NCBI GenBank assembly: GCA_963752475.1
Contig: CAVVYR010000019.1
Location: forward strand, 128,001-192,000
DNA length: 64,000 nt
Source of the DNA: an uncultured Chloroflexia bacterium
GTDB taxonomy: Bacteria; Chloroflexota; Limnocylindria; Limnocylindrales; CSP1-4
Reading direction: 5' to 3'
This document shows, one piece after another, positions 18,407 to 28,559 of this stretch (positions are counted from its first letter, which is position 1; every line of letters starts with the position of its first letter). The translations under genes were made by a program, and so were the position numbers. The notes under the pieces were generated by a model. The model worked only from the letters and a program-made list of their open reading frames with translations. It ran no database searches and had not been told where the DNA came from.

Positions 18407-19672
18407 GTGACCACAGCCTACGACGAGCCGGGCTCCCTGTCGCTCGGCCCCAACTACCGCAAGGTCTGGGCCTCGGCTGCCGCCTCCAACCTGGCCGATG
18501 GCGTGCTCTGGGTGGCGCTGCCGCTCATCGCGGTGACGCTGACGAGCTCGCCCGCGCTGGTCGCCGGCGTGGCCATCGCGGCCGACCTGCCGTGGCTCGT
18601 CTTCGTCCTTTTCGCCGGGGCCATCGCCGACCGCGTCGACCGCCGGCTGACGATGCGCAACGTCCAGCTGCTGCGCTTGGGCGTGGTGGCGCTGATGGCG
18701 CTGATGGCCCTCACCGGCACGCTCTCCCTCCCAGCCCTCTTCGTCGCGGCCTTCGTGCTGGGTATCGGGGAGACGTTCTACGACACCGCCGGCATGTCCA
18801 TCATGCCCAGCCTGGTGCCCAGGTCCCTGCTGGGCCGGGCGAACAGCCGCCTCTACGCGGTCGAGCTGGCCATGAACGAGCTGCTGGGACCGCCACTCGG
18901 TGGTTTGCTCGTAGCGCTCTCGATCCCGCTCGCGCTCGCCGGCTCGGCGCTGGGCTACCTGGTCGCGGCTATCGGGTTGATGCTGGTGGTGGGGCGGTTC
19001 AAGCCGCAGGTGGCTGGTCCCCGGGGATCGATGGTGGCGGACATCCGCGAGGGCGTGGCCTTCCTCTGGCACAACCGTGTGCTGCGTACCATGGCCATCA
19101 TGGTGGCCGGCTTCAGCTTCGCCGACTCGGCCATCTTCGCGGTCCTCGTGCTCTTCGTCGTGGCGCCGGGCCCGATGGGCCTCGATGAACTCGGCTTCGG
19201 CCTGCTCATGGCCACGTTCGCCGTGGGCGGGCTGCTGGGATCGCTGGTGGTGGAGCGGGTGGAGTCCCGCCTGGGCCGCTCCAACATCCTCTTCCTGTCG
19301 GTCCTCGCGAGCGCGCTGGCGATGGCTGTCCCGCTGGTCACCACCGAGCCGCTGCCGATCGCCCTGGGCCTGACCACTCTCGGCTTGCTGGTGATGATGT
19401 GGAACGTCATCACGGTCTCGCTTCGCCAGCGCATCACGCCCGATCCGCTGCTGGGCCGGGTCAACGCCGCCTACCGCTTCTTCGGCTTCGGTGCCGCACC
19501 GCTGGGCGCGCTGGCCGGAGGCCTTGTGGCGCAGTTGTTCGGGCTCCCGGCGGTGTTCGCCATGGCCGCGGCCGTGTGCCTGGCGCTGCTCGGGTTCCGG
19601 CGCAGCCTGACGGATGCGGCCCTGGACGCCGCCGAAGCGGCAGTCCCGACGGCACCGGAGGCGACGGCATGA
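18407..19672 (+). CDS. MFS transporter (DHA3/H+ antiporter-like)
   Basis: About 12 hydrophobic segments, GAIADRVDRR motif A, LLGRVNA. Confidence 0.9.
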   Translation: MTTAYDEPGSLSLGPNYRKVWASAAASNLADGVLWVALPLIAVTLTSSPALVAGVAIAADLPWLVFVLFAGAIADRVDRRLTMRNVQLLRLGVVALMALMALTGTLSLPALFVAAFVLGIGETFYDTAGMSIMPSLVPRSLLGRANSRLYAVELAMNELLGPPLGGLLVALSIPLALAGSALGYLVAAIGLMLVVGRFKPQVAGPRGSMVADIREGVAFLWHNRVLRTMAIMVAGFSFADSAIFAVLVLFVVAPGPMGLDELGFGLLMATFAVGGLLGSLVVERVESRLGRSNILFLSVLASALAMAVPLVTTEPLPIALGLTTLGLLVMMWNVITVSLRQRITPDPLLGRVNAAYRFFGFGAAPLGALAGGLVAQLFGLPAVFAMAAAVCLALLGFRRSLTDAALDAAEAAVPTAPEATA

Positions 19673-20942
19673 CCGAGACCGGCGGGCCCCACGCTTCGCT
19701 GGGCCCCAACTACCGCAGACTCTGGTCCTCGTCCGCGGTCTCCAACCTGGCCGACGGCATCTTCCTGGTCGCGTTGCCGCTCATCGCGGTGCGCCTGACC
19801 GACTCGCCCATGCTGGTCGCGGGCGTCTCGCTCGCCGGCCGCCTGCCGTGGCTCGTGTTCGTGCTCTTCGCGGGCGCCCTGGCGGACCGCCTCGATCGCC
19901 GCATCACCATGCGCAACGTCCAGCTCATGCGTGTGGCCGTGGTCGGTCTGATGGCGGTGATGGCGTTCACGGACACGCTCTCGCTGCCGGTGCTCTACGT
20001 GACCGCCTTCGTGCTGGGGATGGGGGAGACGCTCTTCGACACTGCCGCCCAGTCGATCATGCCCAGCATCGTCAGCAAGGACCTGCTGAGCCGCGCGAAC
20101 AGTCGCCTCTACGCGGTGGAGCTGACGATGAATGCGTTCATCGGTCCGCCACTCGGTGGGTTCCTGGTGGCGGTGTCGGTGCCGTTCGCGTTGGCTGGCA
20201 GCGTCCTCGGCTACGGCCTCGCGGCAGTGGGTCTGGTGCTCATCGTGGGGACTCGTTCAAGCCCGTCGGGAGGGCCCGCGCAAATCGATGCTGCGCGACA
20301 TCCGCGAGGGCTTCGAGTTCCTCTGGGGCGTCCGCGTGCTGCGCTCGATGGCCGTCATGGTCGCCATCTCCAACCTCACCAACACCGCGTACGTCTCGGT
20401 GTTCGTGCTCTTCGCGGTGACGCCGGGACCCATGGGTCTCGACGAGGTCGGCTATGGCCTGCTCATCACGGCCATGGCCGTGGGCGGCCTCATGGGCTCG
20501 GTCATCGAGGAGCGTGTGGAGGCGCTGGTTCGGGCGCTGGAATGTGTTCGTGGTCACGGTCGTGATCGCGGCCGGTGACGTACTCATCCCGGTCGTCACC
20601 GCCCAGCCCCGGTCATCGTGGCCGGCATGATCGCGAGGGCGTCGGCTTCATGATGTGGAACATCGTCACGTGTCTCACTGCGCCAGCGCATGACGCCGGA
20701 CCACCTGCTGGGTCGCATCAACGCCACCTATCGGCTGTTCGCCTGGGGCTCGATGCCGATCGGTGCCCTGCTCGGTGGGCTCATGGCCGAGCTGTTGGGA
20801 CTCCGCTCGCTCTTCCTCCTGCCGTCGGTGGTGAAGCTTGGCCATCGCTCTGGTTCCTCGCTACCTGCGCGATGCCGACCTCGATGCCGCCGAAGCAGCC
20901 GGGGCGGCGGTCGAGCAACCCGCCGAGGCTGCGGCTCCCTAG
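19669..20942 (+). CDS. Second paralogous MFS transporter (frameshifted)
   Basis: SLGPNYRRLWSSSAVSNLADG closely parallels the first MFS. The 3' half is broken over several frames. Confidence 0.82.
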
Positions 20943-21520
20943 TCGAGCTCCCAGGTCCGCGGCCGCTCCTGCGCCGCCCATTCGTCGGCAAGGATGCCCA
21001 TCACGTGCATGTCGTGGTAGCGGCCATGCCGGAAGTAGGCCTCGCGCTTGGTGCCCTCGTGCGTGAAGCCGACTCGCTCATAGACGTGGATGGCGCGCGC
21101 GTTGAAGTCGAAGACGTGCAGGAAGACGCGGTGCAGGCGCAGCTCACCGAAGGCGAAGTCCAGCAGGACTCGCATGGCCTCGGTGCCATAGCCCTTGTCC
21201 CACTCGGCTGGTTCACCGATGCCGATACCGAGCTCGCTGCCACCATTGACGTGGTCGATGTCGTGGAGCGCGCAGAAGCCGATCGGCCGGCCACCGTCAC
21301 GGAGACAGATGACGAAGTGCCAGATCGTCTTGTTCTGAGCTTTCTGTAGCTCGTCGAACCAGGTCTCTTCGGCCACGTGACTCCATGGCGCGCGGGTAGC
21401 CAGGCCCTCGCTCACGACCGCGTCCCCGAGCCACTCGATGAAGGTCGGGATGTCCTCGCGCTCGGCAGGGCGCAGGTAGACCCGCTCGCCTCGCAGGATC
21501 GGTCGTCGTTTGTCCCCCAT
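20939..21520 (-). CDS. GNAT (RimJ/RimL-type) N-acetyltransferase
   Basis: WDKGYGTEA, NARAIHVYERVGF, EGTKREA. Confidence 0.9.
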   Translation of the reverse strand: MGDKRRPILRGERVYLRPAEREDIPTFIEWLGDAVVSEGLATRAPWSHVAEETWFDELQKAQNKTIWHFVICLRDGGRPIGFCALHDIDHVNGGSELGIGIGEPAEWDKGYGTEAMRVLLDFAFGELRLHRVFLHVFDFNARAIHVYERVGFTHEGTKREAYFRHGRYHDMHVMGILADEWAAQERPRTWELD

Positions 21521-21883
21521 GCGGCCAGTCTAGGTACCGCGCCAGTGCTACCGCTCCGCGCCCTCATCGGGGTCGCACTCGCCGAACGCCGCGGCTCCCG
21601 CGCTGGCGAGCCTGGTGGGTACCGTGCCGCGCGGTGACCCGGAGTCCACTCGATGGAGGTCTGGTGCAGTCGGGCAACGGGGTCCCCGTACCAGTAGGCG
21701 TGACCCAAGTACGGGTTGTTGCAGAGCGGTGCGGACGCCACTATCCCCATCAACACCTCGATGGACCACACCAAACGGTCCGAGACCATCGGGGTGGCCC
21801 GGCCTCCAGTGGCGCCGGGCACACCGAGCACCGAGCACCGAGCACGTCCAGCAGCCCACTGAACGCTAGATAAGGAACGATAG

Positions 21884-22078
21884 ATGGCGTCCATGGCAGC
21901 GAACGATCTTGGCCCCATGCTCACCGCGAGTGAGGTCGCCGAGCTTCTTCATCTGCATGTCAACACGGTCAAGCGACTCGGCGACCGTGGTGAGTTGCCG
22001 TTCTACCGTGTCTGCAAGCGGGGGGACCGCCGCTTCCGTTTGGAAGACGTGATGGCTTTCCTGGCACGCAACCGCTAG
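21884..22078 (+). CDS. Small excisionase/BldC-like HTH DNA-binding protein
   Basis: MLTASEVAELLHLHVNTVKRLGDRGELPFYR...DRRFRLEDV, SD AAGGA. Confidence 0.85.
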   Translation: MASMAANDLGPMLTASEVAELLHLHVNTVKRLGDRGELPFYRVCKRGDRRFRLEDVMAFLARNR

Positions 22079-22185
22079 GACCGACACCACCCGGGTCCGC
22101 ACCTCGCGGACCCATCGCCTGCCCCAACGCCGCCGGAGCACGACTCCCGGCGGCGTCGGTCTGCCCGGGGCTAGCATGGGAGTCG

Positions 22186-22665
22186 ATGCCTGGACCCTCC
22201 CGCCTCGACGTCCTGACCGAGCGCCTGCGTGCGCCGGACCCCACACTCGCGCTGGCCGCACTAGCCCATGAGGTGGTGCCGGGACAGACGGGCCCGGCTG
22301 ACCGGATCGTGGCTCTCACCTTCGCCACGCGCGATCTGAAGGGCATGATGTCGGCGGCGCCGCTCCCGTTCAAGCGCGTGGCCCGCGACCGGCTCCTGGA
22401 CGCGGACGTGGCCGCCGTGCGCTACGGACCGGTGCAGCTGCTGCTCGAGCAGGCTCAAGGGGAGGGACGGCTGGCGGCGTATCTCTCGCGCTATGGCGAA
22501 GGCGTCGCGGCGCTGTACCTGGAGCGGCCGCGGTTCCTGCCGTCATCGCGGGCCTCGGGGCGCCCGCCTCGACCGGTGCGCACGCCCTTCGGTCGGCGAG
22601 GCTGGCTCCTGCCCCACGAATGGCCGTGGGGCCCGTTCGTCATCGCGCTCGAGGAAGAGCGCTAG
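22186..22665 (+). CDS. Hypothetical protein (VOC/glyoxalase-like)
   Basis: LLLEQ...GRLAAYLSRYGEGVAALYL resembles a VOC/epimerase segment. TAGCAT box upstream. Confidence 0.6.
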   Translation: MPGPSRLDVLTERLRAPDPTLALAALAHEVVPGQTGPADRIVALTFATRDLKGMMSAAPLPFKRVARDRLLDADVAAVRYGPVQLLLEQAQGEGRLAAYLSRYGEGVAALYLERPRFLPSSRASGRPPRPVRTPFGRRGWLLPHEWPWGPFVIALEEER

Positions 22666-22669
22666 GGGC

Positions 22670-23077
22670 TCAGCCCTCGGCGAGTGCCTTGGCCTGACCG
22701 ACCCAGTCCTCGCGCTTGATCTGCCCGGGGCTGGTGTTGCACTCGAGACCCATCCTGGCGACGTCATCCTCGGTCCAGGCAGCCACCTGCGCGTAGCTGG
22801 TGACGCCGGCTGCGACGAGCTTGGCCGCCTTGACCTTGCCCAGGCCCTTGATGGCGGTGAGGTCGTCGGGCCCATCGGAGGTTGCGGGTGCCGCCGTTGG
22901 TTCGGGTGGCGGAGCCGACGGCGCCGCGGAGTCCGGATCTGGCGCGCCCGAGGTTGCCGGTCGGCTGACCTCCAGCTCGAGCTCGTCATCCTTGCGTCCC
23001 CGCGCCCACCTTGCCGCGCTCGCTGCTCCTGCAGCCGCGGCGACGGCCGCGACCAACGCCGTGATCTTGCCCCTCAT
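22670..23077 (-). CDS. Membrane-anchored helix-hairpin-helix domain protein
   Basis: DDLTAIKGLG...GVTSYAQVAAWT...REDWVGQA, SD GAGGAGG. Confidence 0.8.
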   Translation of the reverse strand: MRGKITALVAAVAAAAGAASAARWARGRKDDELELEVSRPATSGAPDPDSAAPSAPPPEPTAAPATSDGPDDLTAIKGLGKVKAAKLVAAGVTSYAQVAAWTEDDVARMGLECNTSPGQIKREDWVGQAKALAEG

Positions 23078-23101
23078 CGTTCCTCCTCGTGTCCCGTCAG
23101 C

Positions 23102-23629
23102 CTAGTGTTCGCCCCAACGCTCGGTGTGGACGACCTCGTCATAGCCCCTGCGACCGCCGGCCTGCGGGGGTCGCGTCAGGTCCTCGGGGTCGGCCGGCCA
23201 GCCGAGCGCGATGATGTACTGGCATTCCTTGCCATCGGGCAGGCCCAGCACGTCCGCGGCCAGACCGAAGTCCTGCACCGTGATGGGGCAGGAACCGATG
23301 CCCATCTCCCAGGCGGTGAGCGTGATGTTCTGCGCCGCTCGCCCCAGGTCCCAGAGCACCGAGCGCGGGTAGTCCGGATCGGGCTGGTCCACGATGAGCG
23401 CGATGGCGGCACCCGCTGAGGGCAGGTGCTTGGCGTAGATGGTCACGCCGCTCAAGCGCGCGAGGGCGACCTTGTCCCGCACCGTCACGAAGTCCCAGCG
23501 CTGGGTGTTCTTGGACGACCCGGTCTTGCGCGCGCTGTCGGCGATGACGCGGACCTCGTCCTCGGTCAGCGGCACCTCGGCGTACTTGCGCACGACGCGC
23601 AGTGAGCGGATGGCGGTGATCGTGTCCAT
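23102..23629 (-). CDS. Nitroreductase family protein
   Basis: SSKNTQRWDF, DLGRAAQNITLTAWEMGIGSC, IALGWP. Confidence 0.88.
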   Translation of the reverse strand: MDTITAIRSLRVVRKYAEVPLTEDEVRVIADSARKTGSSKNTQRWDFVTVRDKVALARLSGVTIYAKHLPSAGAAIALIVDQPDPDYPRSVLWDLGRAAQNITLTAWEMGIGSCPITVQDFGLAADVLGLPDGKECQYIIALGWPADPEDLTRPPQAGGRRGYDEVVHTERWGEH

Positions 23630-23664
23630 GGCCATGAGTCTAGGCGCCCGATAGACTGCGCGCG

Positions 23665-24966
23665 ATGCCATCCAAGTTCGAACTCCTCGACGTCGCTGGG
23701 CGCGAGGTCAAGGTCACCAACCCGGACAAGGTCTATTGGCCGGAGCCGGGGTATACCAAGATGGAGCTCGTGCGCTACTACCTGGCCGTGGCCGACGGCG
23801 CCCTGCGGGGCGCGGGCGGGCGACCGATGGCGCTCAAGCGCTTCGTCGACGGCGCCGCCGGGGAGTTCTTCTTCCAGAAGCGCGCACCGCAGAAGCGTCC
23901 CGAGTGGATCGACACCGTCTCGCTCTCGTTCCCGTCCGGCCGGACGGCAGAGGAGGTCGTCCTTCGTGATGCGGCTTCGCTGGCCTGGGTCGCCAACCTT
24001 GGCTGCCTGGACCTGAACCCGCACCCGGTGCGCGCCGAGGACGTCGACCACCCCGATGAGCTGCGGGTCGATCTCGACCCCGTACCGGGCGTGACCTGGG
24101 TGGACGTGCGCACGGTGGCGCTGGTGACGCAAGAGGCGCTCGAGGCGGTCGGGCTCATCGGTTGGCCCAAGACCTCCGGCTCGCGCGGCATCCACATCAA
24201 CGTGCGCATCGAGCCGCGCTGGACGTACCCGGAGGTGCGGCGCGCGGCCCTGGCTCTGGCGCGTGACGTCGAGGCGCGGGCACCGACGATCGCCACCAGC
24301 AAGTGGTGGAAGGAAGAGCGACACGGCGTCTTCCTCGACTACAACCAGAACGCCAAGGACCGCACGGTCGCCTCGGCCTACTCGGTGCGGCCCACGCCCG
24401 ACGCGCGGGTGTCGATGCCGCTGACGTGGGACGAGGTGCCCGACGTCGCGGCCGAGGACTTCACCCTGGCCACGGTGCCGGCGCTGTACGAGCAGCGTGG
24501 GGACCGCCACGAGGGCATCGACGCGGCCGTCGGATCGCTCGAGGCGCTGCTGGAGCTGTCGGCCAAGCACGAGGCGGACGAGGGCCTGGGCGATGCTCCG
24601 TGGCCGCCGCACTACCGCAAACAGGCCGACGAGCCCCCGCGGGTGCAGCCCTCGAAGCGCAAGGCCGGGGAACCGTCACCGACCGGCAGGCGTCGAAGCA
24701 CCAAGCCGCTCATCGAGATCGCACGCGCCGAGAAGAAGGATGAGGCCCTCGCCGGCCTCGAACGCTGGAGGGCCCGCCACCCCGAGGTCGCCGCGAGGCT
24801 TGAGCCGGCCGATGTCCTGGTGGACGGCATGCGCGGCCGTTCCGCGCTCTGGTGGCGCATCCGCATCAACCTCGAGCACGTGCCCGAAGCGCAGCGACCC
24901 CAGCAGGAGCCGCTCGAGGTCGACTACGACCCCTGGGCGGCGTATCGGGAGCGCCAGGAGACCTAG
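23665..24966 (+). CDS. Stand-alone LigD-type primase-polymerase (Prim-PolC/PolD-like)
   Basis: FFQKR, RVDLDP, KTSGSRGIH, FLDYNQNAKDRTVASAYSVR. Confidence 0.9.
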   Translation: MPSKFELLDVAGREVKVTNPDKVYWPEPGYTKMELVRYYLAVADGALRGAGGRPMALKRFVDGAAGEFFFQKRAPQKRPEWIDTVSLSFPSGRTAEEVVLRDAASLAWVANLGCLDLNPHPVRAEDVDHPDELRVDLDPVPGVTWVDVRTVALVTQEALEAVGLIGWPKTSGSRGIHINVRIEPRWTYPEVRRAALALARDVEARAPTIATSKWWKEERHGVFLDYNQNAKDRTVASAYSVRPTPDARVSMPLTWDEVPDVAAEDFTLATVPALYEQRGDRHEGIDAAVGSLEALLELSAKHEADEGLGDAPWPPHYRKQADEPPRVQPSKRKAGEPSPTGRRRSTKPLIEIARAEKKDEALAGLERWRARHPEVAARLEPADVLVDGMRGRSALWWRIRINLEHVPEAQRPQQEPLEVDYDPWAAYRERQET

Positions 24967-27152
24967 CTGACAGCCTCCGGCGCGGATCCAGCCGGATGGT
25001 CGTCCGCCTCATCGTCGGCGTCGGACTCCGCGTATGGGTCGGGTGGACCGGGGATCTCGTGCTCATCGGCACCGAGGACGCGCAGGACGGAGCGCCACGT
25101 CGTGCCCACCACGCCCAGCACCGGCACCACCAGGAACATGCCCAGGATGCCGGCCACGGCGGAGCCCGCGGGGATGGCCGCGAGCACGATGGCCGGATGG
25201 ATGCTGGTGGTGCGGTTGTAGACCAGGGGCGCCACGACGTTGCCCTGCACGATGTTGAAGACGATGGTCCAGATGAACATGACCACGATGTCGATGGTGT
25301 CGCCCACGGCCACGGCCACGAGGAACGCGAGCATCGTCGTCAGCGCGCTGCCGATGTAGGGGATGTAGCCACCGAAGAACGAGAGCACGAAGATGGGCAG
25401 GGCCAACGGCAGGCTCAGCACCCACATGATCACGAGTTGGCTGAAGGCCCCCACGAAGGAGATCGCGCCCGTGCCGACCATGTAGCCACCGAGGATCCCG
25501 AAAGCACGCTCGCCGGCCGGGCTCAGCTCCCCCGAAACGTCCTGCGGCAGGTGGGACATCAGGCCGTTCCATAGCGCCGCGCCATCACGCAGGAAGTAGA
25601 AGGTCAGGAGCACGGCCAGGATCAGCACGATGGCGATGCTGACCAGCTCGTCGCCCAGCCCGGCGATCGTGCTGACGCCGACATCGACGCCGGTTCCAAG
25701 GGCTTCGGTGGGCAGGCCCAGCCGACCGCCCGTCGCCTCGTCGATGGCCCCGGCGCCATCGGTGGCGGTGGCACCCAACTCGGGAGCCTGACGGACCAGC
25801 GAGACCATCGAGAGCGCCAGGACGCCGAGGATGGCGGCTGTACTGCCGCCGACCGCGACGACCGTGGCTAGGTTGCGGGACAGTCCCCGCTTGAGCAGAT
25901 AGGACACCAGTGGTGTGACCGTGGCCGCGAGGATGAGCGCGAGGATCACCGGCAGCAGCACCAGCGGGATCGTCGTCAGCACGAGCACCAGCCCTGCCGC
26001 GAAGAGGAGGGCCACCACGGCGCGCCAGCTCCACTGTGCGGCGCGGTCCAGCCAGGAAGGCACGACCTCGGGCAGGTCGGAGGGCACCTCCGGCCTTAGG
26101 ATGTCGATGGCCGCCTGGCCCATCGAGACCCCGACGGCCGCCAGAGGCACGGCCAGGATGAGGCCGGCCAACCCGCCGAACGTGTAGCCGATGGGCAGCG
26201 CGATGAGCACCACGACCGGGTGCAGCCGTGGGGCGTTGGCCAGCAATCGTGGCTCGATGACGAGCCAGGACACCACGAACCTCAGGACCAGGAGCGCGGC
26301 CATGATCGCTGCCGCGCTGGTGCCATTCGCACCGAGCGTGACCAGCACGATGAACAGCCCGGCGATCACCGTGCCGAAGTAGGGGATGAAGCCGAGGACG
26401 AACGCCAGGATGGCCAGGGGGATCGCCAGCGGCGTGCCGATGACGAGCATGAAGACCAGGCTCGTGACCGCTGTCGCAGCAGACGTGAGCGTGACGGCTC
26501 GAACGTAGGCCCCGACGCGACCAAGGGCGCTGTCACCGGCGCCGCTGATGAGCTCGCGCTTCTCGTCCGGCATCGACTGGAAGATCCAGAGCCAGGCCTT
26601 GTCGCCGTCCTTCAGGAAGAAGAAGAGCAGGAAGGTCGCGAGGACGAGGATGCCGACGAGGTTCGCGACCCGACCGACGATGTTCCCGATCGCGCTGGTG
26701 CCGTCTTCCTGGGCGACGGAGATGACCTGCGCCACGAGGTCGTTGAGCCAGTCCGGCAGCTGCAGGTCGGCGAAGGACGCTTCGAGGCTCGCCTGTCCCT
26801 CGCGAAGGCGGTCCACCAGCTCACCGAGGTAGGGCAGGAGCGCGATGACCAGGACCACGAACAGGCCCAGGACGGCACCGATGGTGACGATCCAGGCGAT
26901 GCCGGCGGCGGCTGCCCGGGAGCGGCCGGCGTCGCGCAACTTGAGCACGAACGGTGCCAGGATGATGGCCACGACGATGGCCACGCCGATCGACGCGACG
27001 ATGTTCCAGATGAGCGTCCCGAGGTACCAGACGACGACGCCGAAGCCGGCGATGACCAGCACGCGCCAGCCCAGCGCGGCCAGGTTGTCCAGCCACGTGG
27101 GCACCATGCGATCGCCGGTTGCCGTGCTGTCGTTGGTGCTGAGTTCGCTCAT
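24963..27152 (-). CDS. AI-2E family transporter with two tandem domains
   Basis: FFLKDG...FIPYFG...LHP unit followed by a second YFLRDG...YIPYIG...IHP unit. Confidence 0.85.
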   Translation of the reverse strand: MSELSTNDSTATGDRMVPTWLDNLAALGWRVLVIAGFGVVVWYLGTLIWNIVASIGVAIVVAIILAPFVLKLRDAGRSRAAAAGIAWIVTIGAVLGLFVVLVIALLPYLGELVDRLREGQASLEASFADLQLPDWLNDLVAQVISVAQEDGTSAIGNIVGRVANLVGILVLATFLLFFFLKDGDKAWLWIFQSMPDEKRELISGAGDSALGRVGAYVRAVTLTSAATAVTSLVFMLVIGTPLAIPLAILAFVLGFIPYFGTVIAGLFIVLVTLGANGTSAAAIMAALLVLRFVVSWLVIEPRLLANAPRLHPVVVLIALPIGYTFGGLAGLILAVPLAAVGVSMGQAAIDILRPEVPSDLPEVVPSWLDRAAQWSWRAVVALLFAAGLVLVLTTIPLVLLPVILALILAATVTPLVSYLLKRGLSRNLATVVAVGGSTAAILGVLALSMVSLVRQAPELGATATDGAGAIDEATGGRLGLPTEALGTGVDVGVSTIAGLGDELVSIAIVLILAVLLTFYFLRDGAALWNGLMSHLPQDVSGELSPAGERAFGILGGYMVGTGAISFVGAFSQLVIMWVLSLPLALPIFVLSFFGGYIPYIGSALTTMLAFLVAVAVGDTIDIVVMFIWTIVFNIVQGNVVAPLVYNRTTSIHPAIVLAAIPAGSAVAGILGMFLVVPVLGVVGTTWRSVLRVLGADEHEIPGPPDPYAESDADDEADDHPAGSAPEAVS

Positions 27153-27218
27153 GTCGTCTCGTCTTCCCACGGGTGCTGCCGCGAGCCTACCGCGTCCGAG
27201 CGGTCCATCACGCGCCGC

Positions 27219-28068
27219 TCACGCGGGCTTGTAGTCGAACGTGTCGGGGTTGGGACCGGTGCGACCGGCAGGACCACGATCGAGCCCCGCGAGTGCGGAC
27301 ATGTCCGCTTCGCTGAGCTCGAAGTCGAAGACCTCGATGTTCTCGCGCATGCGCTCGGGCGACATCGTCTTGGGGAACACCACGTCGCCGCGCTGGATAT
27401 GCCAGCGCACCGCCACCTGCGCCTGGGTCCGGCCCAGGCGCTCGGCCACTTGCTGGAGTGCGGCTTCGACGAAGATCGCTCCCTGCGCCAGCGGCGACCA
27501 CGCCTGCGTGATGATGCCGTGCTCCTGCCCGATAGGCCCGGAGCTGGTCATTGGGGAAGTGGGGGTGGGCCTCGATCTGGTTGACGGCAGGCACGACGTC
27601 GGTCTCGGCCAGCAGTCGCTCAAGGTCTACGACTCGGAAGTTGGAGACACCGATGGAGCGGGCTCGACCGTCGGCCTTGAACTCCTCGAAGACCTTCCAG
27701 GTGGAGATGAAGTCTCCGCCGTATGAAAGCACCATCGGCCAGTGGATGAGGAAGAGGTCGACGTAGTCCATGCCCAACAACTCGAGCGTCTCGTCGAAGG
27801 TACGCCGGGCGTCATCGGGCAGATGGGCACCATTGTTGAGCTTGGACGTGACGAAGACCTCGTCGCGGGGCACGTCGCTGGCCCGGATGCCCTCTCCGAC
27901 CCCGGCCTCGTTGCGGTACATCTGGGCCGTGTCGAGATGTCGGTAGCCGACGTCGAGTGCTGCCCGCACGGTCGCCGCGGTCTCCTCGGGCGCGACCTGG
28001 AACGTGCCGTAGCCGAGCTGCGGGATGGTGTGTCCGTCGTTGAGCGTGATGTCAGGGATCGATGTCAT
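27219..28068 (-). CDS. Aldo/keto reductase (2,5-DKG reductase-like), one frameshift near 27535
   Basis: GYRHLDTAQMY, FVTSKL, LFLIHWP, IGVSNF, AWSPLAQG, FPK motifs. Confidence 0.88.
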
Positions 28069-28190
28069 GGCTCCAGCATAGCCAGCGCTCGGACCGCTTG
28101 GACCGCGTCTTCGGGACCTGTGGCCCTGAGATACATCAGCGACAGGTGACACACTTCACACTGAGATATCACAGACGGGGGACAACCACC

Positions 28191-28559
28191 TTGGGTTGCA
28201 GCACATGCGTAGACCGACCGACCGACGCCGTCGCGACGGGGACGGACGACGAGCTACGCCCGAGCCTGCGGAAGCACCAGACGCCAGATACCGCAGCCGC
28301 TGTGACCGCTGCTGCGCTCGTGGCCGAGCCGGTTCGCGCCGGCATCCTGGCCATCCTGCGTGACGGCCCGCATTGCGTTTGCGAGATGGCCGCCGCGCTC
28401 GACGTCAAGCAGAACAACCTCAGCAACCACCTGGCCAAGCTGCGCGAAGCCGGTCTGGTGCGCGCGAGCCGCAGCAAGGTCGATGCGCGGTGGAAGTACT
28501 ACGAACGAGATGAAGACGCCGTGACGGCAGCAGGGGAGGCCCTGGCCCGGGTCTTCTGA
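28191..28559 (+). CDS. ArsR/SmtB family regulator
   Basis: HCVCEMAAALDVKQNNLSNHLAKLREAGLV. TTG start inferred after GGGGGA. Confidence 0.85.
   Translation: MGCSTCVDRPTDAVATGTDDELRPSLRKHQTPDTAAAVTAAALVAEPVRAGILAILRDGPHCVCEMAAALDVKQNNLSNHLAKLREAGLVRASRSKVDARWKYYERDEDAVTAAGEALARVF

Noticed and set aside
14272-20942. Programmed frameshifting or stop-codon recoding
   Set aside because: Indels are scattered, lack an evident shared slippery motif and affect ordinary transporters; assembly error is the simpler explanation.
21884-22078. Prophage excisionase
   Set aside because: No integrase, att site or phage genes nearby.
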